From contig OZ076409.1 of NCBI GenBank assembly GCA_964187785.1, forward strand, positions 9,116,001 through 9,180,000: DNA of 64,000 bases, read 5' to 3'. The notes beneath the pieces are model-generated. The model did not search any database and had not been told where the DNA came from. It worked only from the letters and a program-made list of their open reading frames with translations. Position 1 is the first letter of the stretch. Each line of letters begins with the position of its first letter. A program made the translations under genes and the position numbers. This document shows positions 40,099 to 52,522 of the stretch, piece by piece. The stretch comes from Amphiscolops sp. MND2022. Its lineage: Eukaryota.

Positions 40099-40875
40099 AA
40101 TAGGCCCCTCCGGGGCACATTATTATTTCTGCTTTAATCTTTCATTAATAATAGAATCATATCTGGAATACCAATACACTCCTGTTTAATCATAATTTAG
40201 CGCACAATTAATCACTGTACAAGTTCACGGTAAATTCTCAAATAAGAGAAAATAACAAAAAAATAGTTTCAAATAACAAAAATGAAATAAGTTTTACTAA
40301 ACAAAAATAAAATTGTTTACGAGAGATTTACTGGTCAAAATCGTTTCACAATTCAAAAGACTCACTGAAAAAAGTATGAAAATTACAAATAAAATTTCGT
40401 GAGTTCGATTGTTTAACCGGGCATTCGGTTTTACTTTTATGTTATTTGAAACTAATTTCATTTTTATGTTATTTGAAACTAATTTTGTTTTTATGTTATT
40501 TGGTACGTAATCCAAGTTTACACCGCCTTTAATTCTTCTCGGACTAAAGAAAACATAACTACTAAGCGTAGACGAAGTTTCGCATTCGTATTTGAATGAG
40601 GCGAAGCCCTCAACGAACAAATAATTAATGCATAATTACGAACATTCGCTCGCTTCATCTCAATGACGTCAGCATACGAATGCATAATTACCACTCGCTC
40701 GTTCAATCGCACGAGAATTGAAATGTCGGCAGCTTGAGAAATTTAATTCTCACGCTTATAGTCACTGCCGAACAAATATCTGAATTATTCAGTATCGTAC
40801 GAAGAATTGTACTGAAAAAAAATAAGTAGACATCTTGAGATTTCTATAATATTCCTGCTATCGCAGAAATAATAA
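40099..40875 (-). mobile_element. Helentron-like family B copy with an internal ~27-bp tandem repeat
   Basis: GCCCCTCCGGGGC plus TATTATTTCTGC at the left, GCAGAAATAATA at the right. TTTTATGTTATTTG(AAACTAATTT) x3 at ~40435-40502. Confidence 0.7.
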
Positions 40876-41141
40876 AAAATTGGCTGACTGCGCCATGTTG
40901 TATTCTAAGAGTTATCTTATAAAAACGCAGTTTAAAAGTACTCTGAATATTGTATGTCCGATTTGTTTTAAGGTTTATATCAAACTATAGTATATATCTA
41001 TACAAAATATAATGGTAGTACAAAAGTCTTTTTAATTTAAGTTTGTTGGTAAACAAACAACTTGCTAAGTGTCTATACTGAAGCTCGGTAAGGTTCATTC
41101 GGGATCAACCGTATTACAATGAGCACACGTATTATTTCCCT

Positions 41142-41593
41142 AACAAGACGTCCGCTATGCACAGGGATATTTTCCGCTTTCAATTGGCTAATACACTTAA
41201 TCGAAAATTTACCTCCATGGTAAAACGCAATACACTTCGGATATAACGTCAAAATTCGGATATAGCGCAATTGTTTCGAACCTCCGCTTCCTCCGTAGTA
41301 AAACAATCAACTTCGGATATAACGTCAAAAGTTCGGATATAGAGTGCTGGGACAAATGGGAGCGCTTGTTTTCGAACCTCTGCCTCCTCCTTAGTAAAAC
41401 GCAATATTAATTAAAGTAACTGAAATAGTCAATTGACTATTTCAGTTACTTGTATTTAGTTATTTGACTATTTTAGTTACTTAAGTAACTAAAATAGTCA
41501 AGTGGATGGAGATCGTGGAGATTTGGCAAAATTTAGAAAAAAAAACGCAACAAGGATTGATTTTTCTGCCCCATTATATGTGGGCGGAAAATA
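41142..41593 (-). mobile_element. Helentron-like family C copy with minisatellite-like units and internal palindromes
   Basis: AACAAGACG..GGGATATTTTCCGC at the left, GGGCGGAAAATA at the right. Repeated CTTCGGATATAACGTCAAAA units; palindrome AAGTAACTGAAATAGTCAATTGACTATTTCAGTTACTT. Confidence 0.62.
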
Positions 41594-42266
41594 ACAACCC
41601 CCAATAGAGGTAGAATTCGACCTTCACCCTGCAAGGGCGGCAGTCTTCAAATTATTGAGCTTGTTTCATAACGGCGCGTCACTTCTGCATTTAGGACACT
41701 ACTGTATAGACAATTCCGCCATTCAGGCATTTCCATTGGGGCTGTTTAACAAAATGGTTCATGACGATAAAGCCATTCTCCTGTCTTGAATTTCATGTGT
41801 ATCTTATCCATGAGACGGTTGAATCTCCGCGGACGAATGAATTTGTGGCAAATTGTTTCGAACAATTCTCGCCCGCTTCAATTTGTCTTCATTGCTAGAG
41901 CTCGCTGCAAAATAAGCACTTTTGACACGTCAGGTAAAAAGAAACTCACCAAAAGAGGAACTCTTTTCAAGTTTGATTCCACAAATGTACTTCGAGATGA
42001 ATGGAAAGTTAGGGAACAGAAAATTGTCAATTACCAGTAGCGGAAAACAAAAATTAAATCCGAATCAAACAATTAGCAATCAAGCTCATATTGAGTATAT
42101 TTGAGGAAACTTAAAATTTGATAAAGTACATTTGATACACTTCTGCTGCCAATATATATAATAATCACCACCACGTTGAACGATTAAAAACATGTCTTGT
42201 ATTTGCCGCCATTGGTTTTTTCGGATGATTTAAAGACAAGGGATAAGGATTACAAACAATATGAAG

Positions 42267-42635
42267 CAGGGTTTTGACATCGCTAATTTTTTTCGCTAAT
42301 CGCTAAACCGCTAATTTCAAATTCGCAAGTTCGCTGAAAAAATTCAAACTGTTGGATGTTTGCCTTGAAGTATAATTCAAAATTAAATGATAACCTACTT
42401 TAGTTCTTTAAATAAGTGTTGTAATTTTCATACTGTGTGGGTTTTAAGAGAGTAAGAGTTGAAATTTTCGGAATTCATTTTTAAACTCAGTTTTTAAACA
42501 TTCGAAGGAAATTTTGATTTGGGACGTTCTATTAGTTGCCGCTAATTTGAATCGCTAGTGAAATCGCCGAAAGATTCCCGCGCCGTCACTAATTCGCTTA
42601 CTGGTGGCCAACTCTGATACGGTGTCAAAACTCTG
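42267..42635. mobile_element. CGCTA-family hAT MITE, 30 bp beyond the SRP68 stop codon
   Basis: Same TIRs as 14900; TSD ATATGAAG/ATACGAGG (6/8). Confidence 0.85.
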
Positions 42636-42665
42636 ATACGAGGAGTTGGAAGTTCGCTATGATGC

Positions 42666-43570
42666 TCACTTTTGGGCACCCCCGCCCCACCATCCACGGA
42701 AATAACCCCCAATGCCCCCCTTGGCTTGGTTGCTGGCCTGGATTTTGGCCTGTACAGTCGCAGGCAGCTTCACATGGTTCGAAGCAATGTCAAAGAAGAG
42801 GGGCTTGGCGGGAACCGGCTTGTACTCGGGGGGTAAACTGGTGATTTTGAGGTTTTTCAGAGTTGCCGGAGACAATTTGACCCATTGGTTCAAATTCTGA
42901 TCCAAAGTGCCCTCCAATTGCGTTGCATAGTTTTCAGGAGTTTTAGAAGCGGATTGTGATGAGTACTGATTTGATATACACGACGTGTAGGCACTATATA
43001 TCTCACTTTCAATGAAGACAAGAAAGTTTTTCAACAACGCGGATATTAGCGAGTAGTCTAGGTGTTCAGATACCAAATCTTTCTCGTTCACCGCAGCAGC
43101 TAATTGCTTCGACCGACTAAACAACGCCAAAGAATTTGTCCACTCGTTTTGGGCACTGTAGCACCTTCCCAATTCATAGAGACTAAAACTAGAAATAACA
43201 GCTTTGTGGGTGTTGAGCACTTTCGTCAAGTTGCACGAATCGCCAAATTGCTCCACATACTCTATGCTTAGTATCTCATCAATGAACTCCTGACACGACT
43301 CGAAGAACTTGAGGAAACTCTGAGGCTTCAACTTTTTAGCAACTTCGCTGAAAATTTCATTGGAACCTTCCTTGGAAACCAAGCTGTAGAGAAACAAGAT
43401 GTTCTTTTGGATGCCCTTGGTCAACTTGATGAACGTCACATAGCCCAAGAGGAACATGATAGGGTTGTCCACAGAAGACACAGCCCCGTTCGACATTTTC
43501 CCAGAACCCACTTGTTTCCCACCCGATTTCGCCTCCTCGCGTAATTTAGCTTGTACTTGTCGAGTTTCAT
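42666..43570 (-). CDS. SRP68: Signal recognition particle subunit SRP68, exon 3 of 3
   Basis: C-terminal PVPAKPLFFDIASNHV..P and GGIGGYFRGWWG match the SRP68 P.KPLFFDLA tail. Acceptor TTTTCAG at 43571. Confidence 0.92.
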
Positions 43571-43614
43571 CTGAAAAAAAACAACTTCAAAGTTCATGAT
43601 ACTCACATATTTAA

Positions 43615-44138
43615 CCCTAAATGGCTGAGGAAATTTCCGGATCCATCCAAACATCTGGCGCTTAAACTTTAAATCGCAATATCTGCTTAACTACTAAAGT
43701 CCGACAAACGATTTATAGTGCGTTCGAAAGAAGACAATCAGGGCTTTAAATTTGATTTTTGAACCACTGGGATGGGGTTTGAACCGCACTGGCTCCAGAC
43801 TTTGTGCCAAAACCTTGCACGCCTCGTGTCTCTGATTGCATTTCAGCATATCTCAAAACATGCAAGGGCCACTTTGACCCAATCTTGATACCAGTGGGAT
43901 AAAGTGGCCACAACGAAAAACAGGGAAAACGGAAAATCTGCGCTCAATTTTTGGATTTTTTGGTCGCGTTTTTTTAATTTCGGAGATTCCAAGTCAATAC
44001 TCCGTGAAAAGGCGTGCAATGCCATGTAATACCGTCTGAAATCTTATTCAAGAGTTTTCTTTACCATACCGTCAGCTGCTGCCTTCAGAAGCTTGCAGAA
44101 ATTATCTGGTACGAAATCGTACCATCGTTCATTTAGGG
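43615..44138. mobile_element. piggyBac-type non-autonomous element in SRP68 intron 2
   Basis: TTAA|CCCTAAATG ... CATTTAGGG|TTAA. Confidence 0.75.
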
Positions 44139-44796
44139 TTAAATCCACTTTAACATCAATTGATGTCAATGCAATGACAAAGAATAGAAAGAAAAATCCT
44201 TATTGTGAGATAGTTCAAGGTAATCGGGATGAAATAATCGGGTATCGGCAAAAGATAGCAACACGAAGTTAACGAAAAGTGATTCAATTAGTACTTTCCA
44301 AGACAAGCACACAAATCGAAAAACATCAAGAAAACTTTCGCATTAATATTCCCACTAAAACGTCCCTTGCATCAAAGAAAGTCTTCTGACAAAACATCAA
44401 ATGGGGAATTGAACTGAACCTAAAACCCTATTAAATGCTATCAGTCCTCCAGTAAATATTCTGCATGCGGAAAACTCGTCGAAATTGAAGGGCAGAAAAA
44501 ATCAGTCGAAAATCAACTCGTCCATTATAAATTAGGCGAAGTCATCAAAAATTACTGATTATCAATTGGCTGGTAAATCATCTGAAAAGCGCTTATAAAT
44601 TTCATTGTCAAGTGATAATTATGGATCATATTTCCCAAACTGAGATTCGTGAAACTTTCAGGTTTACGTGTAAAAGTTTTTCTAGTTGTATAACTGCTTG
44701 AAATGTTTTATTTCTATAGTCTACAACGTTCGTTTTTTTTGTTCGTAATATAGTACGATCAATAAATTAGCATTATACGTGGCTTAAAAAATTTAC

Positions 44797-45587
44797 TGTA
44801 ACTTGCGACCAGTTTTTCAGCGATAGCATTTTCGATGAGTTGCTTTTCGCAGTAAGTGTTTTCCTGGATTCTTAACATTAGTTTATCCGGGTTAGAATCG
44901 AAGAGCTTGAGAACTTTTGTTAACTTACCCAACAAGTTATCTAGGACAGAAATTTTCGACTCCTCGTTAACAGCGTTATTCATTTCGGCTTTGAAGTTTT
45001 CCATCGTCGTCATAAAGTTCTGCCAGTAGGACAACTTCAGATGAATTGTTTGCCCTAACCAAGAGAAGCTAAACTGTTCCTCGGCACCCGCATTGGTCTT
45101 CAGAAGTTTCAACCTGTCGAAATTATCAATCAGCTCGGAAACAGCCGATGTGTTATCAGCTTCTGAACTATCGCCCATGTTATAAGAGCAGAAATTGATA
45201 AGAGGCTTAATTTCGGAGATCTGGGCCTCGTACGGTTCTTGTTTCTCTTCCTCCAAAATCAACTTTATTTTCTCGTACAAGGCGACTGCGCTTTTGAAGT
45301 TGTTCAAGGCCTTCGACCATTCTCTCCTAGTTTGGCAGTAGAGACCCTCCATGTAATGATAGTAGGCCTTGGCTTCCAGAGAACTCCTTGCATCCACCTT
45401 GCAACGAGACCCACCTTCGATGTCACAGATTTTCTCCAATCCTTTGGCCACTTCGCAGGCATGGGCTAGTTTGCGAATCGAATGGTGCACTCTTCTAGGT
45501 TCCAGCTCCGATTCGTCCTTCAGTTGCATCGAGTAAGCCCAGGCTCTTTCAGCGTTCAGCAGAAGGATCTCTAGGTATCGAAGATCT
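44797..45587 (-). CDS. SRP68: SRP68, exon 2 of 3
   Basis: Reads DLRYLEILLLNAERAWAYSMQLK..EPR..HSIRKL..A..DARSSLEAKAY, the SRP68 RNA-binding region. Acceptor TTTTAG at 45588. Donor A|GTAAAT at 44796; a same-phase GT 6 nt upstream is also possible. Confidence 0.92.
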
Positions 45588-46331
45588 CTAAAATGATTTA
45601 CGAGGGTGTGGGTTGGTTATTTGTAGTGGAAAGCAGGGTTAAGGTTAACTTTAGTGGGCGCTTATGAAATAAAACGCGACTATTATAGTAGTTTTTCGTC
45701 GTTATTTCCAATTCGATCGAAGTGACCATTTCATGCCGAATGCCAAAATTTTACGAAATTTCTACAAAATAGCTAATTGTTCGGAAGGGGCCTCCCTTTC
45801 AAGTTTCGACAGTTATTAAATAAAAATGACCTGACGGTTATTTTCGGCACCGAGACTTTTTTGGAAAATCTCATTTTGGTTTTTTGATGTATCTTGTGCG
45901 AAAAGCAGGAATTGCTGAAATTACTGTGGAATTGAGACTTTATTCGAAAGAGAATCCTTAGTGCTGGTAATGTACTTTCGCTTTTTGAGCCTTAGACGGG
46001 GCGCCGAATTATGCCGTTCCCGACTTGTTTTTTTTTGAAGATCTTCAAAACCTCCCAATGGCAAAAATACAATTAAAAAGTCAGCACATGAGGCAAATAA
46101 CCTGGGAAAAATGATAATAGATAATATTTTTACACCATTACTTGCATTTTAGGATTGAAAATTGAAAAACTATTGAAAACCACAGCGCAACTTAAAACTG
46201 AAAAACATCATGTACTTTAGCTAAACTTATCATTCTAGGATTTAATTGCACAACACTCAAACAGCTGGGTTTCAAAATTTTCATTCAACCTTGAAAAACA
46301 TTTGATTTTAATTGCAAACCAACAAATTAAC

Positions 46332-46657
46332 CTGATTGAGTCTTCGTGAACAGGTCGCTTCTGAAAGTGCTTCTTGTGACTACTTTGTGTGAACTTGAGG
46401 GTCTTTCGAATGTGTTTGAGCCTGCGCGAACAGTACCCCCTGTACCGGAAAAAGTCCTGGTGACGCAGCCCATGCTTCATCCGGTATTCGTGGACAACCG
46501 CTTGGATGGGCAGACAAAACTTGGGAGGACCGGCGCCGATGCCTTGTGTTGGTCGCAATGGTTTCTTTTCAGACACGGGGGCCGGATGATGGCTGTCGCC
46601 ATTGGGCAGAGTAGCAGTTGCAGAAGCAACGCCGCCACTATCGCCGCCAGCGCTCAT
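46332..46657 (-). CDS. SRP68: SRP68, exon 1 of 3 (joined model about 673 aa)
   Basis: HGLRHQDFFRYRGYCSRRLKHIRKTLKF is the SRP68 N-terminal signature. Donor AG|GTTAAT. Start is 46657, or the in-frame ATG at 46684. Confidence 0.92.
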
Positions 46658-46706
46658 TTCAACGCTGAAATTGGACAACAACATTCCATCACATCATGAC
46701 GTCGAA

Positions 46707-47487
46707 ATGGTTACCAGACAAAAGCGCCCAAAATTCACAGTCAAAAGCGCTCCAATCATGGGATTTACTGGCTCTCTTCCGCCACCAACTTTAAGAAGTT
46801 CCTCACTCCAGTTAAATAATTGAGTTTTTGATTTTAAAACAGTTTATTGATTATTTGCTTCTTTAGGAAATATTTTGTCGACAGTAATGCCAAAATTACA
46901 AATTTAAGTTGATTTCAATCGGAATTTGTTAGGTGTGAAAATGTTAAACATGGGATTACCAGTTGTCATGACTATGGTCATGAGATATCATAGTCCTGAA
47001 AATATACACTACAAAAATTCGAAGTCAAGCCGCAACAGCCAATCACAGACGCGGACCAATGGGATCGAAGTGCCACAAGAAGAAACGATAGACACTCAAG
47101 ATATGAGACAGAACAGAAGTCACTTGATTGAAACGCTTCTTAAGTATAACTACGTTATCTCATGCTCTTAGAATGTCATCTGATTTTATAACTAAATTCA
47201 CGTTTCATAATCAATCTTCTTTTCTTATTAGAATCTATCAAGAGCGAAAGGAGTAGAACTCTCAATTGCAAGATACAAAATCTCTTCAAGAAATTAATAC
47301 AGAAATAACTAAAATAATGTTAGCTGCCTCCCCGCTCGGGCACTGTCATCACACCAGTGAAATATTATTTTGTTTGAACTTCAATTAGATTTAATTAGAG
47401 GTAATGAAATCAGCACAACAATTAGCAAGGCGCTTTGTATTGGGGCGCTTATGACTGTGTAAAATAGGCGCTTTTGTCTGTACACGC
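46707..47487. mobile_element. MITE (family of 13042-13430) interrupted by a solo LTR
   Basis: CAGACAAAAGCGC / GCGCTTTTGTCTG termini; colinear with the 13 kb copy except for the insertion. Confidence 0.75.
46964..47353. mobile_element. Solo LTR (390 bp) with 5-bp TSD
   Basis: CCAGT|TGTCATGAC ... GTCATCACA|CCAGT. The empty site TTACCAGTGAA is visible in the paralogous MITE at ~13291. Confidence 0.85.
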
Positions 47488-47670
47488 GTCGATTTGATTC
47501 AGATCCAATCACTAAATTCAAAATTTCATTTCAAAAGTTTCTACTAAGTTCAGTAGAGGCCTACTTTTCAAAGTAAAACAGTGCTGGGTGATATACTGGT
47601 TTAGGTGTGCTGAGTTTGATCAATCATGATAAGATTAGTTTCTATCAACCACCCATGTTTTGAAAAAAAA

Positions 47671-48165
47671 GGACCCCCGTGGGCACATTTTTATTCTGTT
47701 TTAGGCTTTCATGTTCAATAACAGAAGCATATTTGGAATAATTATACAATCCTGTTCAATCATTAATAAAGATTCATTACATAGCGCACAATTATTCACT
47801 GTGCCAGCTTACACCGCCTTTATTTCTTCACGGACTAAAGATAATAGGACTACTAAGCGTATGCGAAGTTTCACATTCGCATTTGAATACAGACGAAGCT
47901 CTCGGCAAACGAATATTTCGTTAACACTCATTCGCTTCCTCTCAATGAATTCGGCGTACGAATGCATGGTAAACACTCGCTCGATTTCATCGCACGAAAA
48001 TTGAATAAACTAATTGTAGTCGGCAGCTTGAGAAATTCAAATCTCACGCTTCTACTCACTGCCGAACAAAAAATCTGAATCTTTTTCAGTAGGTACTCGG
48101 ATAACGAACACACTCGGCTGAAAAAAACTTTCCATATTATTCCGCCTATCGCAGAACTAATAATA
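47671..48165 (-). mobile_element. Helentron-like family B copy
   Basis: Highly similar to 28338-28847 over its length; termini slightly degenerate. Confidence 0.7.
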
Positions 48166-48570
48166 ATGACAAGTCCTAAAAAACCTTGACACGATATAAA
48201 AATTGAGAAAACTATTTTTTTACTTCAAGGAAAGGTATCCCATTTTTTTCTATCGATTCCTGTCGGAAAACAGCAACACAAAATCTAAAATTACTAAATA
48301 CTACAATGCATCGGCCGCAGCTCTCGAAATTTCGATCATGTGACATTTTGTTTATTTCAAACATCCAGTACTCCCAGAAAGCAAGTAGATAAAGAAATCA
48401 GATGAACGGAAACGCGAAGGTTACACGGAGCCAACAAAAAATATAGTGAACAAAAACTGAACAATTGCTACTAGAAAAGAGTTGACGAAACCTCAGAAAC
48501 GTATTATTTTGCTGTAATAATTGTACCTGTAACAATTGCAACAATTTTTTTTCCAGAATTCATATAAATG

Positions 48571-48870
48571 ACACAGAGGCGAAGCGGTGCTTCGCAACAC
48601 ATGACGAAGACATTAGTTTAATATGCGTGTGTATATATATATATTATTTTAATCGCATGCGTATATATTCAACAGTTCAACTTTGTTCAATAACGTCCCT
48701 ATGGCACAGTGGTCAACACTTATGCCGTGCAATCGGGAGGCTGCAGGTTCGAACCTCTCAGGGGTTTTGGCTTTTGTCTAAAAGGCGCTCATTATGAAGT
48801 TGACTATTGTGGAAAAAAAACTTTCTTAGCTGGACTGCAATGCACATTGACTTCGTCATGTGCAAAAAAA
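48571..48870 (-). mobile_element. Helentron-like family D element with (TA)n and a tRNA-like cassette (48695-48768, + strand)
   Basis: Perfect 12-bp subTIR CACATGACGAAG (48598) / CTTCGTCATGTG (48851). 5' hairpin TGCACAT..ATGTGCA; 3' stem-loop GCGAAGC-GGT-GCTTCGC. A box TGGCACAGTGG, B box GGTTCGAACC. Confidence 0.65.
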
Positions 48871-49325
48871 ACAGGAAAAAAGCACATATTTGAAACACTT
48901 GAAAAACAGGTTTTTAGTCGGTTTTTTTTTAGCAGAAAATGCGCACCACTATTACAATCTCATACTGTATGGTCCACTTTTTGTACAATCTCTGCCAAAC
49001 ACTCCCAGTGGTTGTGGCCCAGCACGCTATATCCGAAGAAAGCTTCATTAAAGAGATGGTCGATGTTCGACAGTATTACGCTATATCCGAATTTATGATG
49101 TTATATCCGAACTATAATGCGTTTTATTAAGGAGACGACGGATGTTCGAAAAAAGTACTCTTATTTGTCCAAGCACGCTATATCCGAACTTTTGACGTCA
49201 GATCCGAAGTAGATTGCGTTGTTTGGCACGTATTTGTAAGAATTTGCTTTAATTACACCGTGAGTATATTTTATTTTTCGTTTTTCGAGCGTTAAGCGGG
49301 GAGCCAACTTGAGACGTTGTCTTGC

Positions 49326-49590
49326 TATTTTCCGCCCACATAAATGGGGGAGGAAAATCATATCTGTGATGCGTTTTTTTACAAATTTTGCCGACTCTAT
49401 TTTATCTCCACTCCACTTCGTTACTTGACTATTTTACTAGTAACTATATAATAGTCAAGTAACTAAAATAGCGCCATGACACAGTTGGTAGTACGTGTGC
49501 CTGCCAGGCACGAGGTCATGCGTTCGAACCCAGACTGAACCGTTACATTTTTAGCGGAAAATATCCCGGTGCTTAGCGGGCTTCTTGTTT
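49326..49590 (+). mobile_element. Helentron-like family C short copy with a tRNA-Gly-like cassette (49471-49550)
   Basis: TATTTTCCGCCC ... GCGGAAAATATCCCG..GCGGGCTTCTTGTT. Anticodon-arm-like TGTGC-CTGCCAG-GCACG, B box GTTCGAACCC, then T5. Confidence 0.6.
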
Positions 49591-50214
49591 CAATTAACTC
49601 TTCTTTACTTTTAGGGGATTCTTCAGCAATTTCAGACAATTGACGTGATATGCCGTGACATGAATGTTGAAATTTAGGATAACTTTATTTTTTTAAAAAT
49701 TACAATAGGAATTACGCACCGGACTCTAAAAGTCAATCATGGTGTTGAAAAGGCTCGGAAACTATGTGCAATATCGGCAGCTAAACGAAAATATGGCTTT
49801 GAATGTATTAAGAAAAAAACGAATAAAAGAAAATTTTTTGCGATAAAAATTTCGATACAAAACTTGTAGGCAAAAAAACACAAGTTTGCTTACCTTTGAA
49901 ACGCTAGTGTATTGCAAAGTGTAAATTCTAGACACAGTAGTAATTTCGGATCTGATGAAATCATGAAAAAGGATAATACAAGTGTATTCTGAAATTCGAA
50001 TATAACTTCCTCCATCAATTTAGAACATTTCGAAGACATCATTAACTAAATTCAATAATAAATATCAAGTTTACTGGAGCAGAGTCATTCGTTAAACTTT
50101 TTACATAGCACTCCAAAAACAAACATGTACACGATGAACATATGACTACATAAAATCATATCAGAAAAGCTGGAAATTCAGGGCTTTTTGAAAATAAGAA
50201 GTCACTTGAATTCT

Positions 50215-50686
50215 TCATCTGCGTCGGTTGAAGATGAAAAAGGCAAGTGTGGAAAAAATAATGACAAGAACAGTTATTGTGTACAAATCCCAATTGGCGC
50301 CCAGCCAGTAATCAACTGTGAAGTAAACCTGATATTGTTCCTTCGTATTCTCGTTGTAAAACGGCTCCAGGCCGTAATTAATAGCAAGTTTGCATAAGGC
50401 TAAAATGACAGGTATATGGGCATCGTTACTGGTCTCAGCAGCCATGTCGTAGTAACGTTTCGCAAGATGTATGTCTTGCTTCATACCCAACCCCAGCTCA
50501 TGCATGTATGCCAAGTTGAACATTGCCTGGGCATTCTGAAACTGGTCGGAAGCCTGTCTGTAATGGGTTACGGCCTCTTCGTAATTCATATCCGTTCCTC
50601 TTCCGTAGTAATGATAGTCACCCACTTTGACCCGCGCCTGGGTGTAGCCCTGAGCGGCCGCTTTCTCCCAGTAACTCAGAGCCAAC
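50215..50686 (-). CDS. SEL1L: SEL1L/Hrd3 ERAD adaptor, last exon (Sel1 repeats and C-terminal transmembrane helix)
   Basis: WEKAAAQGYTQARVKVGDYHYYGRGT..AQAMFNLAYMHELGLGMKQDIHLAKRYYDMAAE..WDLY, a hydrophobic helix and RRR. Acceptor CAG at 50687. Confidence 0.93.
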
Positions 50687-51540
50687 CTGTTTGCCAGCGA
50701 TTGCAAGGTTGTTAATTATACAGTTTTTTTCACGAAAAATGTCCTAAACAGGTTTTTTAACGAAACAAACTTTTTTCGTATTTTATTGTTTCTTTCCTCT
50801 TGGGAAAACTACTGTGGAAAACAATGTGTTATGCACAACGGTTTGTCACTTGTTGCCAAATATTACATTGTACAAAAATTTAACATAGAAATATAAAGCA
50901 TGAAAGTCATTCACTTTATTGAACTTTTTCATTACATGTGATTTTTTGATGATCTGAAAAGGGTAAAAAGTACCAAACAAATTGAACAGTCAGAAACTAG
51001 TCGATAAACAACTGAAAAAAAGTGTCAGTGGGTAGTTTTTTAGACGCGTAAGGTCCACTTTTTTCTTCATTTGTCAACAACATCAACTTGAACTACGGAC
51101 GTCCAAAACATACTCGAAACGCCAGAACCTCGTCCAAAACAAAAACATCGACGTCCAGAACCTCGAAAACATACTAAGGATCCCCCTTTGGTGTTTTTCG
51201 CCACTTTGTTTTTTTCGGCAATATGCGATTTTTGAATTGCACCAGAGGGTCTCCCCTTCGTTTGTTTCGATATTTTGCAACACAACGATGTCAAAAAATC
51301 CCAAAGGGTCCCCCCTTTACATTTTTCGGCACTGTGACACTGTTCAAAAATCTCATTTTAAAATTTTTTTAAAATCTCCCAAGGATCCCCCTTCAATTTT
51401 TTTTACATTTTGCAACCAACTGGAGTTTCACAAAGCCCAAAGGGTCCCCTTTCACACTTTTGAGCAAGATATAGCGCCGACTTTGGCCGTTCCCGACTTG
51501 TTTTCTTGTGTTTTATTCATGAATAAAACACCTTAACAAC

Positions 51541-51765
51541 CTGTGACGATTGGGTCCAGATATGATTGAAGTTTCTGCGTGTTCCAACATGAAGGCAACA
51601 TTGGAGATTGCGACCTCGAATCCCATTTCCGCCAAAGTCACGTAGACCATGAAAGCCTCGTCTTTCTTCCCGGCCATGTAGGCATCGTGCGCAATCATGA
51701 ACATCTCTGACCATTTCCCTCTTTCGGCAACATTCTTGTACAGTTCCACGGCCATGTGACAAGAC
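51541..51765 (-). CDS. SEL1L: SEL1L internal exon
   Basis: SCHMAVELYKNVAERGKWSE..LAEMGFEVAISNVAFML. AG/GT boundaries, phase 2 at both ends. Confidence 0.92.
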
Positions 51766-51788
51766 CTGAGCAGAAATTCACGCTGAAG

Positions 51789-52522
51789 TAGTGTTAGCAA
51801 CTGAATTGATTTCTAATTTCAGTCACAGTTGAATAATAAATAAATTAACGATTCAGTTACAGGTAATTTTTTTGACAATTTCAGCTAATTCAGTTGTGAA
51901 ATAATATTTCGCCAAAAGTTTTGAGAGAACTGAAACCTATTGGCAAGCCAAACGATTCATACGTCCCGAACTGAGTTGTTTTGCGCTTGCAAGCATTTGC
52001 TTATCGGGCTTATAGTGGCGTAAACGTAGAGCGTCCTTTTTCCGCATCTGCAATTCAGTCTGAGGGTCGCTTGCGGCGCCTATCAAATGAAGTACTACTC
52101 CAAAGGACAATGATAGCCACAAATAAGGACCTTTTGAACTGATTTGGGACCTTTTCTGTCAAGCCCCCCCATCCCCCACCGATTTAATTCACCTCCCATA
52201 TCCATCCACCCACCACCCCCCCCCCCCCCCCAGTTAAACGGCCAAAAGAAATTATCATTAAATTAATAGTAACAACTAATCAGATTGCAGTGTTTCATAA
52301 CTCTAACTGCAACTTAAACTCATCGCCGATACTGGGGGGAATTAGAATTTCCGCGCTCACTGTGGGGGGGGGGGGCATTAACAGAAAATTCCCCTGATTT
52401 GTATTTCAGTCATTTAAATTCAATTCAGTTTCTGAAACATATTCTTTTCACTTGAAGTTACAGTTAGTATGGTTGTTTTCATGTTTCAGTTACATGCATT
52501 TCAGTTACAGTTGCTAACACTA
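51789..52522. mobile_element. MITE in a SEL1L intron
   Basis: TIR TAGTGTTAGCAACT / AGTTGCTAACACTA; GCTGAAG duplicated on both flanks. Confidence 0.75.

Noticed and set aside
41222..41400. CRISPR-like repeat-spacer appearance (also 8579-9000, 9340-9530, 49020-49220)
   Set aside because: The intervening sequences are themselves homologous, the context is eukaryotic and there are no cas genes; these are minisatellite-like units.
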